The notes below the pieces were generated by a model. The model made no database searches and was not told the origin of the DNA. It saw nothing but the letters and a program-made list of their open reading frames with translations. This document shows positions 9,069 to 18,870 of a DNA stretch of 64,000 bases, in pieces. Numbering within the stretch: position 1 is the stretch's first letter; every line of letters begins with the position of its first letter. Source of the DNA: Candidatus Aceula meridiana (GTDB taxonomy: Bacteria; Omnitrophota; Gorgyraeia; Zapsychrales; Aceulaceae); the NCBI GenBank assembly GCA_030765185.1, contig JAVCDE010000024.1, forward strand, positions 443,538-507,537. The letters are read 5' to 3'. A program made the position numbers and the translations under genes.

Positions 9069-10373
9069 CTATATAAAATTAATATGTTCAGGGGGATTTT
9101 TAATGTCCCACAAGAATTTATTGATGTAGTCCTGACGGCATCCTACTGTGCAGTCACAATGAACATCAATGTTTTCAGCAATGTCCTTGTGAACTTTCCA
9201 ATATTTTGCACTCTGGACAATACCATAATAAGACTTTTTATGAATGTCGCCCATGCAAAAACGTTCTTTTCCGAAAAAAGGGCCGCACGGATAAACTTTT
9301 CCATTGCCGCTGACCTGGCCTAAAAATGGCGTGCCATAGCAAATGTCATACTTGCGAAAACCATTTTTATAAAGCTGTGTTTCCTCGTTAATGTTAATTT
9401 TGCTCCACTTTACCCGCACGAGATAAGAATCATTGCTGTATTTTTCTGCTTTTTTAAGAATGCCTTGAGCCTTTTTGTATGCCGCATGATCAACGCCAAT
9501 CTCGCCATACTCAGTGTCTGAACATTGTTTAATCTGAAAATAGTCGACCCCGAGCTTTACTCCAAGCTTTGCTAATTTAAGAACCTGATCAAAATTCTCA
9601 GGCAACAAAATCATCTGGATTCCCAGCGTGCATTTATAATTATTTTCTTTCTTAATTTTAGCAAAATTTCTTATTTTATCGATAAGCACATCAAAGCTTT
9701 TCTCACTCACTTGATGAATCCTCGCAAAACCTTTTTTGTCTCCAGCGCTTAAATTAAAACGAATAAACGTCGCATTTTTCAAAAGATCATGAGCCCGGTC
9801 CATTCTCAAAAGAAGACCATTCGTAGCAATGCCAACATCAATATTTCTTTTTTTAGCGCGCACCACAGCATCATACATCGCTGGGTTTAGGGTAGGCTCG
9901 CCGTCTCCGATAAAAGCAATGCTCCGCACTTTCAGTCGTCCGCAATCATCAATAAACCGCATCAAAGCATCTCTTTTGATAAGCGCCCCTTTAACCATTC
10001 CTTGCGCAACGCCCATGCAATAAACGCACCCCATGTTACAAAATTTTGTAAGCCCCATATCAATATGGATAGGAGCAATCCGCTTGTTCCTTTGCCAGTC
10101 AAGAACACGATCCAAATGATGCAAAAGCTTATGTCCATCTAACCGAAAACGCTCACTTTTGTTTTTAAAAGTATGTCCAGTATATTGATTAGGCTTCTTT
10201 TTACCTAAAGAAATTTTTTGAGACTTATCGGGACTCTTTCCCAGAAGAGACCGGTCGACCACTTCTTTTCCTGTTCGAAGCGCATGCCCTCCATGTAAAG
10301 TCGTCTTCAAGCTTTTTACAACTTGAATCTTTTGCGATGTTACCGTCTTTTTCTTGCTTGTTCTTTTTTTCAT
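9069..10373 (-). CDS. radical SAM enzyme with C-terminal Cys-rich (SPASM/twitch-like) region and Lys-rich N-terminal tail; paralog of 11752..12819
   Basis: CNMGCVYC CxxxCxxC motif. C-terminal C...CMGD...CDCTVGC. C-terminus WDIKNPPEHINFI parallels the paralog ending WDLKNSSAHVNFI. Confidence 0.7.
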   Translation of the reverse strand: MKKRTSKKKTVTSQKIQVVKSLKTTLHGGHALRTGKEVVDRSLLGKSPDKSQKISLGKKKPNQYTGHTFKNKSERFRLDGHKLLHHLDRVLDWQRNKRIAPIHIDMGLTKFCNMGCVYCMGVAQGMVKGALIKRDALMRFIDDCGRLKVRSIAFIGDGEPTLNPAMYDAVVRAKKRNIDVGIATNGLLLRMDRAHDLLKNATFIRFNLSAGDKKGFARIHQVSEKSFDVLIDKIRNFAKIKKENNYKCTLGIQMILLPENFDQVLKLAKLGVKLGVDYFQIKQCSDTEYGEIGVDHAAYKKAQGILKKAEKYSNDSYLVRVKWSKININEETQLYKNGFRKYDICYGTPFLGQVSGNGKVYPCGPFFGKERFCMGDIHKKSYYGIVQSAKYWKVHKDIAENIDVHCDCTVGCRQDYINKFLWDIKNPPEHINFI

Positions 10374-10377
10374 AGCG

Positions 10378-10866
10378 CTACACTCTTAAATAGCCGGGTT
10401 CTCGGCTTTTCATCCATTGCTTTACCATCTTAGAAAAATTGGGCTTGCCCTTATAGGGATCATAAACCTTTAGCCCCACGATCTTCATCAAAGCCTTATC
10501 ATCTTTTCCACAGCAATGAGATATCCCCAAGAATCGAAAATAATTATCAACACCTGTTGCAATAAATTTAACATTTAAATTCTGATTAACAACATCATTG
10601 CGTATCTGCTCTAAAGCACGAAAGGCTAAAAAATTTACAATCGAATAAACAACCGGAATCAGTCCTGACGCGGCCATCCCGGAGGCAATCCCCACAGTCG
10701 CCTGCTCCATCATCCCAAAATTAAAAATACGCTCTGGAAATTCTTTTTTAAAATCATCAACAACGCCAAAGCCCATATCGCAAACCAAAAGGACAATACG
10801 GCTATCTTTTCTTGCCCAAGCCAACAGTTCACGTCCTATTGCTTTTCTATAATCTTTATCCTTCAC
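10378..10866 (-). CDS. transketolase C-terminal-section subunit, pyrimidine-binding domain only (162 aa)
   Basis: FNFGMMEQATVGIASGMAASG is a TK Pyr-domain motif. Shorter than a canonical C-subunit. Confidence 0.6.
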   Translation of the reverse strand: MKDKDYRKAIGRELLAWARKDSRIVLLVCDMGFGVVDDFKKEFPERIFNFGMMEQATVGIASGMAASGLIPVVYSIVNFLAFRALEQIRNDVVNQNLNVKFIATGVDNYFRFLGISHCCGKDDKALMKIVGLKVYDPYKGKPNFSKMVKQWMKSREPGYLRV

Positions 10867-11716
10867 AACAATTTCCCATTTCTAATTCTTTTTGAGTAGG
10901 AACACGAAAATGAAATTTAGGAACATTTTCCATACACTTAAGCCCATGCCCTTTTATTGTTTTTGAAATAAGTACGCGAGGTGTTTTTGCCTTACCCATA
11001 TTTTTACGCCATTGTTTAAAAATAGAAGTCATTTCACTTAAGCTATGCCCGCTGCATGTCTTAACCTCAAGCCCAAACCCTTTTATTTTCTGCTGTAAAT
11101 CATTCTTTCTTCCTTTAAGAGTCAAAACATTTTCTAAGAAATCCATAGCCTGCAGACGGTTATGATCAACAATAATTGTTAAATTTGTCAGGCCGAATTT
11201 AGCTGCCGCCTGAATCGCCTCCCAGTTGCTCCCTTCCTGCATCTCTCCATCTCCGACAATGCAGTAAACATGATATTTCTTTTTCTGCAGCTTAGCCCCA
11301 AAAGCGATTCCCACCGCTTGAGGAAGCCCATGTCCCAAAGAGCCGCAACTCATCTCAAGCCCACGCGAAAGATCGCGCTCAACGCAGCCAGTCAAAGAAC
11401 TTTTTTTATAAAAAGATTTCCATTCTTTTTGAGAAATATACCCAAAATCAGAAAGAATCGCATAAAGCCCATAACACCCATGGGCTTTTGAAAAAACCAG
11501 TCGGTCGCGCCCTTCCCATGTCGGATCAGAGCTCAAGCTCATGACCTGATAATAAAGCGCAACAAGAATATCCACGCAAGATAAAGATGGCGCAATATGC
11601 CCTGCTTTATTCTGAATACAAACTCGCAAAAGATCCCGGCGAACAAAATCAGCCTTTTTCTTCGCTGCTTGAACAGATAACTTCTTTAATCTTTCATTTT
11701 TTATCTTTATTCCCAT
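10856..11716 (-). CDS. transketolase N-terminal-section subunit (TPP-binding)
   Basis: GHGLPQAVGIAFG and IVGDGEMQEGSNWEA are TPP-binding motifs. Start moved to internal MGIKIKNERL, which removes the overlap with the upstream gene. Confidence 0.75.
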   Translation of the reverse strand: MGIKIKNERLKKLSVQAAKKKADFVRRDLLRVCIQNKAGHIAPSLSCVDILVALYYQVMSLSSDPTWEGRDRLVFSKAHGCYGLYAILSDFGYISQKEWKSFYKKSSLTGCVERDLSRGLEMSCGSLGHGLPQAVGIAFGAKLQKKKYHVYCIVGDGEMQEGSNWEAIQAAAKFGLTNLTIIVDHNRLQAMDFLENVLTLKGRKNDLQQKIKGFGLEVKTCSGHSLSEMTSIFKQWRKNMGKAKTPRVLISKTIKGHGLKCMENVPKFHFRVPTQKELEMGNCCEG

Positions 11717-11751
11717 CACGTGCCTTAAGTATTTAAAAAAATATTTAAAAC

Positions 11752-12819
11752 TTAAATAAAATTTACATGTGCAGACGAATTTTTTAAATCCCACAAATAT
11801 CGGTTAACCTCATCCATGCGGCAATTCACACGGCAGCAAGAAACATCCATTTCTGATTGCACCCACTCAAGAGACTTTTTCCTTTTATCACTTTTCCAAA
11901 TCTTTTCAAATGCCTCTTCATAAATGTTCCCATAATGAAACTTTTCATCACCCAAATAAACACTACACCCCCAGACGTTACCGCCTGCATCAAGATAAGA
12001 CCAAAACGGCAAAGCCAAACAATGCTTATAATCACGCGCTGCCTCATCCCATTTTTTCATTGCCTTCAGACGAAAAATAACAGAAAAAGACTCTGAATTA
12101 AATTGTTGTAACTCATCGCTCAATTTTTCATATTCTTGATACTTGATGTCTTTGTACTCTTTCGTAATGCTTTGAGGATGCTGAGAATACGGCTTAACAA
12201 CAAAATAATCCATTCCAATTTCTCTTGCTAATTTAGCTAGAGAAATCGCTTCTTGCGCATTCTCCGGTAAAAGAACCATCTGCATGCCAAGGGTACAATC
12301 ATATTTTTTGTTTTTACGAATCTCAGCAGCATTACACGCATTCTCAATAACTTTATCAAAATCTTCCTGAGGACATCGATGAATCTTTGCATATGTTTGC
12401 GCCGTTGCCCCATCGATGCCTATTTTAATCCATTTCAAAGAAAAAAGTAGATTTTCTACTTTTTCTTTCTTTAGCAAGACCCCATTTGTTGTTATCGCCG
12501 CATCAATACCACAGTTCTTTGTATGCTTAATAATTTCAACAATATCCTTATGAAGAAGAGGTTCCCCTTCACCAGCGTACATAATACTCTTAAGACCCAA
12601 CTGACCCAACTCTGCTAAACGCTCCATCAAAATATCTTTATCAAGAAAACGCGGTTGATACTTCATGAAGTCAAGCCCGCAATAAATACAACGATGATTG
12701 CACGCGCCCGTAGGGCTTATTTCCATATAAATAGGAGAAATATTCTCACCTTTAAGCCAATCATTGACTCTAGGAATGTGGTACATAAGCTTATGAGAAT
12801 CTATTTTGTACTTATCCAT
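11752..12819 (-). CDS. radical SAM enzyme with C-terminal Cys-rich (SPASM/twitch-like) region
   Basis: TGACNHRCIYC and GEGEPLL. C-terminal CSVYLGD...CCRVNC. Confidence 0.7.
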   Translation of the reverse strand: MDKYKIDSHKLMYHIPRVNDWLKGENISPIYMEISPTGACNHRCIYCGLDFMKYQPRFLDKDILMERLAELGQLGLKSIMYAGEGEPLLHKDIVEIIKHTKNCGIDAAITTNGVLLKKEKVENLLFSLKWIKIGIDGATAQTYAKIHRCPQEDFDKVIENACNAAEIRKNKKYDCTLGMQMVLLPENAQEAISLAKLAREIGMDYFVVKPYSQHPQSITKEYKDIKYQEYEKLSDELQQFNSESFSVIFRLKAMKKWDEAARDYKHCLALPFWSYLDAGGNVWGCSVYLGDEKFHYGNIYEEAFEKIWKSDKRKKSLEWVQSEMDVSCCRVNCRMDEVNRYLWDLKNSSAHVNFI

Positions 12820-12877
12820 TTTTTCCTTATTTTATTAATAAGACTACCACAAGACTCAGCATAACAATTTTCCAAAT

Positions 12878-13810
12878 TTACCTACGCCCCTCCAAATTTC
12901 GAACCTTCGTAGCCACCTCTAAAGGAGAAATTTCTTCCATGCAAAACTTCTTATTCTTACAAATTGGCAAATAGCACGGTCGATAACAGCATCTCAGTCT
13001 TGACGGCAAAATAGAAATATTTGGTATCCCCCTCATGCGCTTGTGATTTGTAGGACCAAACAAAGTAAGCACTTTCTTCCCAAGCGCCTGGGCAATAAGC
13101 TGGCCTAAAGAATCAGAAGTAACAATCATATTGCAACTATCAATCCAGTTAATATACTGACGAATATTTTTATGTCCCTTTTGCCAACTAACCGTAAAAT
13201 CAGACCTTAAAGACTTCTCGAGGCTTTTCCATTTCTTCAAAGGCCAGCCCTTAGTCGGCCACTTTGTTCCAACTGAATAATTAAATCCGATATCATAAAT
13301 GGGCTTCCTTTTTCCCTTTCGGGTCAAAATCATTCCTTGTCCATTCCACTTTTTTCCAACAGCTTGATAAAGAAGCTCAGCGGTGTTGCAATTAATAAAT
13401 CGATGATTTTCTTGGCCGGCAAGAAGATAGCGGGTGGCCTGTCGACAAGTTGCGATATCATGTATCTTTTCGTTAAAATAAAATCCAAATTTCTTTTTTG
13501 CCTTAACTTGCTTTAAAAATGCACAAATACCAATATCTTTTTCTAAATTAATAAAAATGTCGTAATGACTGCACGTAATCTTACGAAACGTCTGGCTTCC
13601 AAAGATAAGAAGCTTATGAATGAAGGGATTGTCTTTGAAAAGCCCCTTAGCCGCAGAAGATGTGACCCACGTGACATGGTCATTTTTATAAAGATGTAGC
13701 AGGGTCGTACAAAAAAGGACATCTCCTAAGCTTACTGTTGTGGAGATACCACGGTCTAAGAATTCAGAAAATCCCGTTTTGATAATAAGTATTTTTCTTT
13801 TCTTCTTCAT
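12878..13810 (-). CDS. GT9 family glycosyltransferase (LPS heptosyltransferase-like)
   Basis: KILIIKTG...SLGDVL N-terminal motif and C-terminal LFGPTNHKR. Start set at MKKKRKILII to abut the upstream stop. Confidence 0.6.
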   Translation of the reverse strand: MKKKRKILIIKTGFSEFLDRGISTTVSLGDVLFCTTLLHLYKNDHVTWVTSSAAKGLFKDNPFIHKLLIFGSQTFRKITCSHYDIFINLEKDIGICAFLKQVKAKKKFGFYFNEKIHDIATCRQATRYLLAGQENHRFINCNTAELLYQAVGKKWNGQGMILTRKGKRKPIYDIGFNYSVGTKWPTKGWPLKKWKSLEKSLRSDFTVSWQKGHKNIRQYINWIDSCNMIVTSDSLGQLIAQALGKKVLTLFGPTNHKRMRGIPNISILPSRLRCCYRPCYLPICKNKKFCMEEISPLEVATKVRNLEGRR

Positions 13811-13811
13811 G

Positions 13812-14711
13812 TTATTCAAACAAAATATCGGTTGAACAAAAGCCATCCTGCTGAAGATGGTTAGTTTTTACTTTTATGTCACATGGGCTGCAAGTCCCAT
13901 AACGAGAACAATCCCTATGCACGTACTCGATTTTTAAACTTGGGTCTAAAAGATTACCAATGGCCACTTCTTTTCTATTGGAATAAAGGTCTGCATGACA
14001 TCGGTAAACAGTCCCATCAGGTGCAATAGGCAAGACCATATTGCGACATTTAACTTTTTTTCCTGTCGCCTTGCCTATGCAAGCATCAGAATATTTATAG
14101 TGGCCATAAATTTTACCATCCCATTCGCCTAGAAATGTCTTTGTGCGAAACTCAACACCTTTTTCTTTGGCGTATTCTCTTATTTCTTCGACGAGATTGG
14201 GATAAGCCGGATGTTCAATGTGAAAAAGCCCAATACTTAAAATTTTCTGAAATTCTGCAATACGGTCAATTAGCTGTCGGTAATCATTCTGTCCATGATG
14301 ATAACTTACGCGAATTGTAGGATACGGCGCATCACGTTTATTCCAATCAAGCGTTTTTAGTGATTGGAAATGTTTTGGCGTAAGGTTTGGTGGTAAGGCT
14401 GTAAGGATATCGACCTTGTGTTGAATGTTCTCCAGAAGATCCCAAATACCTTTATATAAAAAAGGCTCTCCTCCTTGAAATGTCAGAGGAACGCCGTTAG
14501 GAAGTTTTAGCCGATTGAGCGCCGCAATCCATTGCGAAGAACCCACTTCTTCACCCTGCTTTATATTAATATATTTATTATTATAATTTGTTATACAGTA
14601 TTCGCAAGAAAGAAAACACCGATTTGTTAGGTAGACTCCAATGTAGTCTGTGTCTACAGGAAGGTCGACTTGAGGCAAAATTACGCTTGAAAGGTTCTTT
14701 TCTTCAGCCAT
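13812..14711 (-). CDS. radical SAM / SPASM-domain protein
   Basis: CFLSCEYC, FQGGEPFL. C-terminal CRNMVLPIAPDGTVYRC...CSRYGTCSPCD. Confidence 0.7.
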   Translation of the reverse strand: MAEEKNLSSVILPQVDLPVDTDYIGVYLTNRCFLSCEYCITNYNNKYINIKQGEEVGSSQWIAALNRLKLPNGVPLTFQGGEPFLYKGIWDLLENIQHKVDILTALPPNLTPKHFQSLKTLDWNKRDAPYPTIRVSYHHGQNDYRQLIDRIAEFQKILSIGLFHIEHPAYPNLVEEIREYAKEKGVEFRTKTFLGEWDGKIYGHYKYSDACIGKATGKKVKCRNMVLPIAPDGTVYRCHADLYSNRKEVAIGNLLDPSLKIEYVHRDCSRYGTCSPCDIKVKTNHLQQDGFCSTDILFE

Positions 14712-14901
14712 TGTTTTGATTTTGAGTATCCCTCATTATACAAAAAACCCAAATCTTTTCAACAAATATCACCTTCCGTAACAAATCCAAGCATCCTTGG
14801 CGCAAGGACTGAATTTATGAAAAATATTATTATTTCGATAAAAATCTCTTATGATATATAATAATGCTTAATTAAATTCCTCTTTAAAAAATAAAGAAAT
14901 A

Positions 14902-16698
14902 ATGAATCCGTCACAAAAACAAAAAATATTCTATTTCGCGATTATTCTTATCGTTAATTTGATTATTTTCCTTCCTTCGTTCTCTCAAATCGCGCGGCAC
15001 GACCATCTTCACTATATTGCTAACCGGACAGGGGAAGAAAGCTGGTTTTCTTTGGCCGTGCAAAACTCCTTAACATATAATAGAAAACACTACGCCTTCG
15101 CCGAACGCGACCCCCTCTTGTTTCGTCCGCTTTTTTACTTTGTCTTGGGAACAGAGCTATCTTTGTTTGAATACGATTTCCGTCTCTGGCAAATCACTGG
15201 ATTTCTCATGCACATGCTTGTCGCGTGGTCCTTGCTAAGCCTCCTGTTTCGAATTCGCTCAGGCCCGTTGGCTGGAATGTGGACCTTACTTTTTACAGTC
15301 ATGTACGGAAATGTCGAGATGGTTATCTGGCACAATATCAGCAGTTACATGATTTACGTTAGCTGCATCCTCACATGCTTTTATATTTTTTATGATGTCG
15401 ATGAGACCCGTACAATAACTACGCACAAATCCTGGCTTTTATTTCTACTATTTTTTATCAGCTGTTTTATTTATGAAGTCGGATTTTTAATGTCCTTTCT
15501 CTTTTTCGCGGCTTCCTATTTTATTACAACCACTCCACAACAAAAAAAATCCTTTGCCACTAAGTATTGGCGCTTCATGATTTTTTTTCCGGGGCTCTTC
15601 TATCTTTTGCTAAACCTTGTCGTGTTCTTCTCGAAAACTCAAGGCCTGGCAGAAACAAAACACATTGCCCATGCCTCCTTTTTCCAAATATTTAAAGCAA
15701 TCGGCATGAGCATTTACTGGTGGCTTTCAACAGGGCTTTTCCCTTGGCTCTTAAAGCCTGCCTTAGGCGAGAGAGTTATTTTTTATTACAATGGAGCTTT
15801 TTTAAACCCAAGATCTATTTTTCTCATTAATCATCCCACAGCAGCCTTAGGATTAATATCTCTTTTCGGCGCGGCCACATGCTTCTTTATTCTACTTAAA
15901 AAAGGATTAACAAAAAAATTTATTAAACAGAGGCTTCCGTTTCTCATATTAGTTCTAAGCGCTTGGGCTGTTCACCTTGTTGTCATTGTTGTTGGCCGTA
16001 GAATTTGGGCTGATCAACCGGCCCTTGCCAACAACAGTTACTACAACTATTTCTTCTGGTTTTATCTGATTGTCGCCTCTTATAGCCTTATTAATTTTAA
16101 AAAAAATGCTTGCTTCCATAAATTCTTAAATTCAAAAAATTTTTTGCTGGCCTTCTGCTTCTTGCTCATGTTTGTGAATGCGTCAAAAATCCTCACGCTA
16201 AACCGCCGTTATCAAAATGTTTTTCAAAAACGCTTATTAGTTTTAAATAAAGCCAGAAACCTTATCAAAACCCATCGCACCGAGGAAGGCTTTACCTTTA
16301 TCATTGATAAAAACTCTATAACCCCCATGCCGTTCTTGGAAAAAGAACCGCCCGTCCCAGGCGAACAACCCTATGCTTATACGCAAATGATTTATCCAAT
16401 GTTTTTTCAAAAAGAAAATCCTCGCTATATTATTTCTTTGACGCCGGAACAAATTCAGCAAGCTAACTTATCTTCCCTAGAAGCACGGGTTGAGAACTTT
16501 ATCGAGCCTCCAGTCTTGCGATGGGGTCAATCAGACTTAGATTCTTTTCTCCTGCTTGTTAACGCTTATATCGAAACCGGCGAAAAGGACAAGGCGCTTA
16601 GTCTTGTAAATAAAATTCTCAAATTCCACACCAACGATCACCAATTGGTAGAATTTGCTCTAACAATAAAAGAAAAAATAATTAAGCCAAGAAACTAA
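14902..16698 (+). CDS. polytopic membrane protein, possible GT-C/ArnT-like glycosyltransferase, with C-terminal TPR-like tail
   Basis: 598 aa, more than 10 TM helices. Hydrophilic C-terminus. Confidence 0.4.
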   Translation: MNPSQKQKIFYFAIILIVNLIIFLPSFSQIARHDHLHYIANRTGEESWFSLAVQNSLTYNRKHYAFAERDPLLFRPLFYFVLGTELSLFEYDFRLWQITGFLMHMLVAWSLLSLLFRIRSGPLAGMWTLLFTVMYGNVEMVIWHNISSYMIYVSCILTCFYIFYDVDETRTITTHKSWLLFLLFFISCFIYEVGFLMSFLFFAASYFITTTPQQKKSFATKYWRFMIFFPGLFYLLLNLVVFFSKTQGLAETKHIAHASFFQIFKAIGMSIYWWLSTGLFPWLLKPALGERVIFYYNGAFLNPRSIFLINHPTAALGLISLFGAATCFFILLKKGLTKKFIKQRLPFLILVLSAWAVHLVVIVVGRRIWADQPALANNSYYNYFFWFYLIVASYSLINFKKNACFHKFLNSKNFLLAFCFLLMFVNASKILTLNRRYQNVFQKRLLVLNKARNLIKTHRTEEGFTFIIDKNSITPMPFLEKEPPVPGEQPYAYTQMIYPMFFQKENPRYIISLTPEQIQQANLSSLEARVENFIEPPVLRWGQSDLDSFLLLVNAYIETGEKDKALSLVNKILKFHTNDHQLVEFALTIKEKIIKPRN

Positions 16699-16734
16699 GA
16701 TTGTATTCTTTTAAGAAACGCTAAAATAAAACTC

Positions 16735-17549
16735 ATGAAATTTGCCGCTATTGTTAAAGACCAAATTCAAACAGACCGTTTTGTCATCCCCTATCGTATC
16801 TATGACAAAAATGGTCCTGATATTATCTGTCTTAATGGTGTGTTCAGCAGTCCATGGCTATGTGGCAGAGCTTTATCCGGCGATTTTCAGCTCACTACAG
16901 AATTGTCCTTTTTGATTTTCCGGGCCAAGGAAAAGGACGCGTCTTGTCCGGATCTTCTTCAGTATCGTTAGATGAAGAGGTTGAGATTCTTCATGAGGTT
17001 GCCAAGATTACCAAAGTCAAAGACACCTTCCTTTGCTCAGCTTCATGGGGCGGAGTCGTGGCTTTGGCGTTTGCGACAAAGTATCCTCATCTCATCAAGC
17101 GCCTTGTTTTAAGAAGCCTAGGCACAAAGCCCAATAAACGCATGGTTGAGACAATTAAATCCGGGACAAAAATCGATTCGGACAACCGTGAACAAATCGC
17201 CAAGACTTTAATTAATAGTTTTGGGGAAAATCTTCCTAGCCCAGTCAAGAGACGAATTGCCAGTCAGTTTATGGCAATGACCCCTGAACGCCTATCTGCT
17301 TTTTACGAACACGGTCTTTTGGTTATCGCTGCAAGAAATTTGCGGGACGTGGTAAATTTTAAAGAAATCCATACAGAAACGGTTTTACTAGCTGGAGAAA
17401 ACGACACTATCATCGACTTAGACGATGTCAAATATCTTGCCACTCAGCTACCTAATTGCAGCATTAAAATTATTAAAAATATCGGTCATTTTATGCATTT
17501 AGAAAGTGATGATGTTTTAGAAATTTATAACGAGGTTTTGTCACAATAA
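16735..17549 (+). pseudogene. alpha/beta-hydrolase fold protein interrupted by a -1 frameshift near 16850
   Basis: ORF 16735..16971 ends ...PDIICLNGVFSS in frame 1. ORF 16854..17549 continues MWQSFIRRFSAHYRIVLFDFPGQGKG...SASWGG...GHFMHLE in another frame. Together they form one alpha/beta hydrolase. Confidence 0.55.
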
Positions 17550-17583
17550 CAATATCTTTCTAAAAACTTATTTTTATTAAAGA

Positions 17584-17622
17584 AAAGAGCCCGTTTCTCG
17601 AGAAAGGAGAAACGGGCTCTTT
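17584..17622. terminator. bidirectional intrinsic terminator between convergent genes
   Basis: Perfect hairpin AAAGAGCCCGTTTCTC-loop-GAGAAACGGGCTCTTT flanked by A/T runs. Confidence 0.6.
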
Positions 17623-17642
17623 AAAATTTCTAAAAACTTAGA

Positions 17643-18833
17643 CTACTTCTTCAAATTCAATACACGAACCTTGACAACACCCTTAATCCCATAAAGGGCT
17701 TTGATAATCTTTTCCGTTGGCTCGCTTGAGACATCAATCACATTGCAGGCGTAATCGCCTTTGCTTTTATTAAGCATTTCTGCGATATTAATATTAGCCT
17801 TAGCCAAAATCGAAGAAAACTGTCCGATTATATTGGGAACATTTTTATTCATAATCACAAGACGAAAATCAGAGCTTTGGTCTAGCTTGCAATTTGGATA
17901 ATTAACAGAATTCTTAATTTTTCCAGTCTCAATAAAATCCCTTAATTGCTTAGCAATCATAGACGCACAATTGCCTTCGGCTTCTGCCGTCGAGGCTCCA
18001 AGATGCGGAATTGCAATAACATTATGCATGTTTAAAAGTTCATCATCCGGAAAATCTGTAACATAACGCGCAACGATGCCTTGCTCAATAGCTACTTTTA
18101 AGTCATCATTGTTAACAATTCCACCGCGTGAAAAATTCAGAATTTTTGCTCCTTTTTTCATGCGTGCAAACTTTTCCGCATCAATCATTCCGCGAGTTGC
18201 ATCGGTTAGTGGTGCATGCAAAGAAATATAATCACTATTAGCAATTAAGGCATCAATGCCTTCAGCACGCTGCACTTCTCTGGATAAACCCCAAGCCGAT
18301 TCAACAGAAATAAACGGATCATATCCAATAACTTCCATTCCTAAGTCCAATGCACTGTTAGCAACCATCACGCCAATTTTTCCAAGGCCGACAACGCCCA
18401 ATGTTTTTCCGGCAATTTCGCCTCCGGCAAAATTCTTTTTGTTTTCTTCAACTAAAGCCGGTACATCAGCGCCTTTCCCTTTTAAAGTCTGCGCGAACGC
18501 GATACCGGCGGCAATATCTCGAGACGCTAAGAGTAAACTCGCGATCGCTAATTCTTTAACAGCATTCGCATTGGCCCCAGGCGTATTAAAAACAACAACA
18601 CCTTTTTCAGAGCATTTTTCAATTGGAATGTTATTGACTCCGGCACCGGCACGACCAACGGCCAATAAAGATGCAGGAAGTTCCATATCGTGCATTTTAA
18701 AGCTACGCAAAATAATCACATCCGGCTGCGTAATTTCAGTTCCAATTTCATATTGGTCTAGCGGAAATGCCGCTAGGCCGTCTTTTGCAATTTTGTTAAG
18801 TGTTTTAATTTTATACATAATGATGGTCTCCAA
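17643..18833 (-). CDS. serA: D-3-phosphoglycerate dehydrogenase with C-terminal ACT domain
   Basis: 2-hydroxyacid dehydrogenase NAD-binding fold (GLGKIG). 396 aa with a C-terminal regulatory domain. Confidence 0.8.
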   Translation of the reverse strand: METIIMYKIKTLNKIAKDGLAAFPLDQYEIGTEITQPDVIILRSFKMHDMELPASLLAVGRAGAGVNNIPIEKCSEKGVVVFNTPGANANAVKELAIASLLLASRDIAAGIAFAQTLKGKGADVPALVEENKKNFAGGEIAGKTLGVVGLGKIGVMVANSALDLGMEVIGYDPFISVESAWGLSREVQRAEGIDALIANSDYISLHAPLTDATRGMIDAEKFARMKKGAKILNFSRGGIVNNDDLKVAIEQGIVARYVTDFPDDELLNMHNVIAIPHLGASTAEAEGNCASMIAKQLRDFIETGKIKNSVNYPNCKLDQSSDFRLVIMNKNVPNIIGQFSSILAKANINIAEMLNKSKGDYACNVIDVSSEPTEKIIKALYGIKGVVKVRVLNLKK

Positions 18834-18870
18834 TTAAAAGATTTTAAATGTTTTATCCGTTTTCTTTTTT

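Noticed and set aside
12878-13846. 35-nt overlap between the GT9 ORF and the upstream radical SAM gene
   Set aside because: It is resolved by using the internal start MKKKRKILII (13810), which abuts the upstream stop codon. This is not a genuine nested gene.
14816-14860. 14-aa micro-ORF (MKNIIISIKISYDI) as a possible RiPP precursor for the radical SAM/SPASM enzymes
   Set aside because: It has no RBS, lies inside the divergent promoter region, contains no Cys/Ser/Thr-rich core and there are no leader-like features.
18256-18837. 193-aa plus-strand ORF
   Set aside because: It is antisense to serA. Its Pro/Ala/Ser-rich composition is the typical shadow of a GC-richer coding strand.
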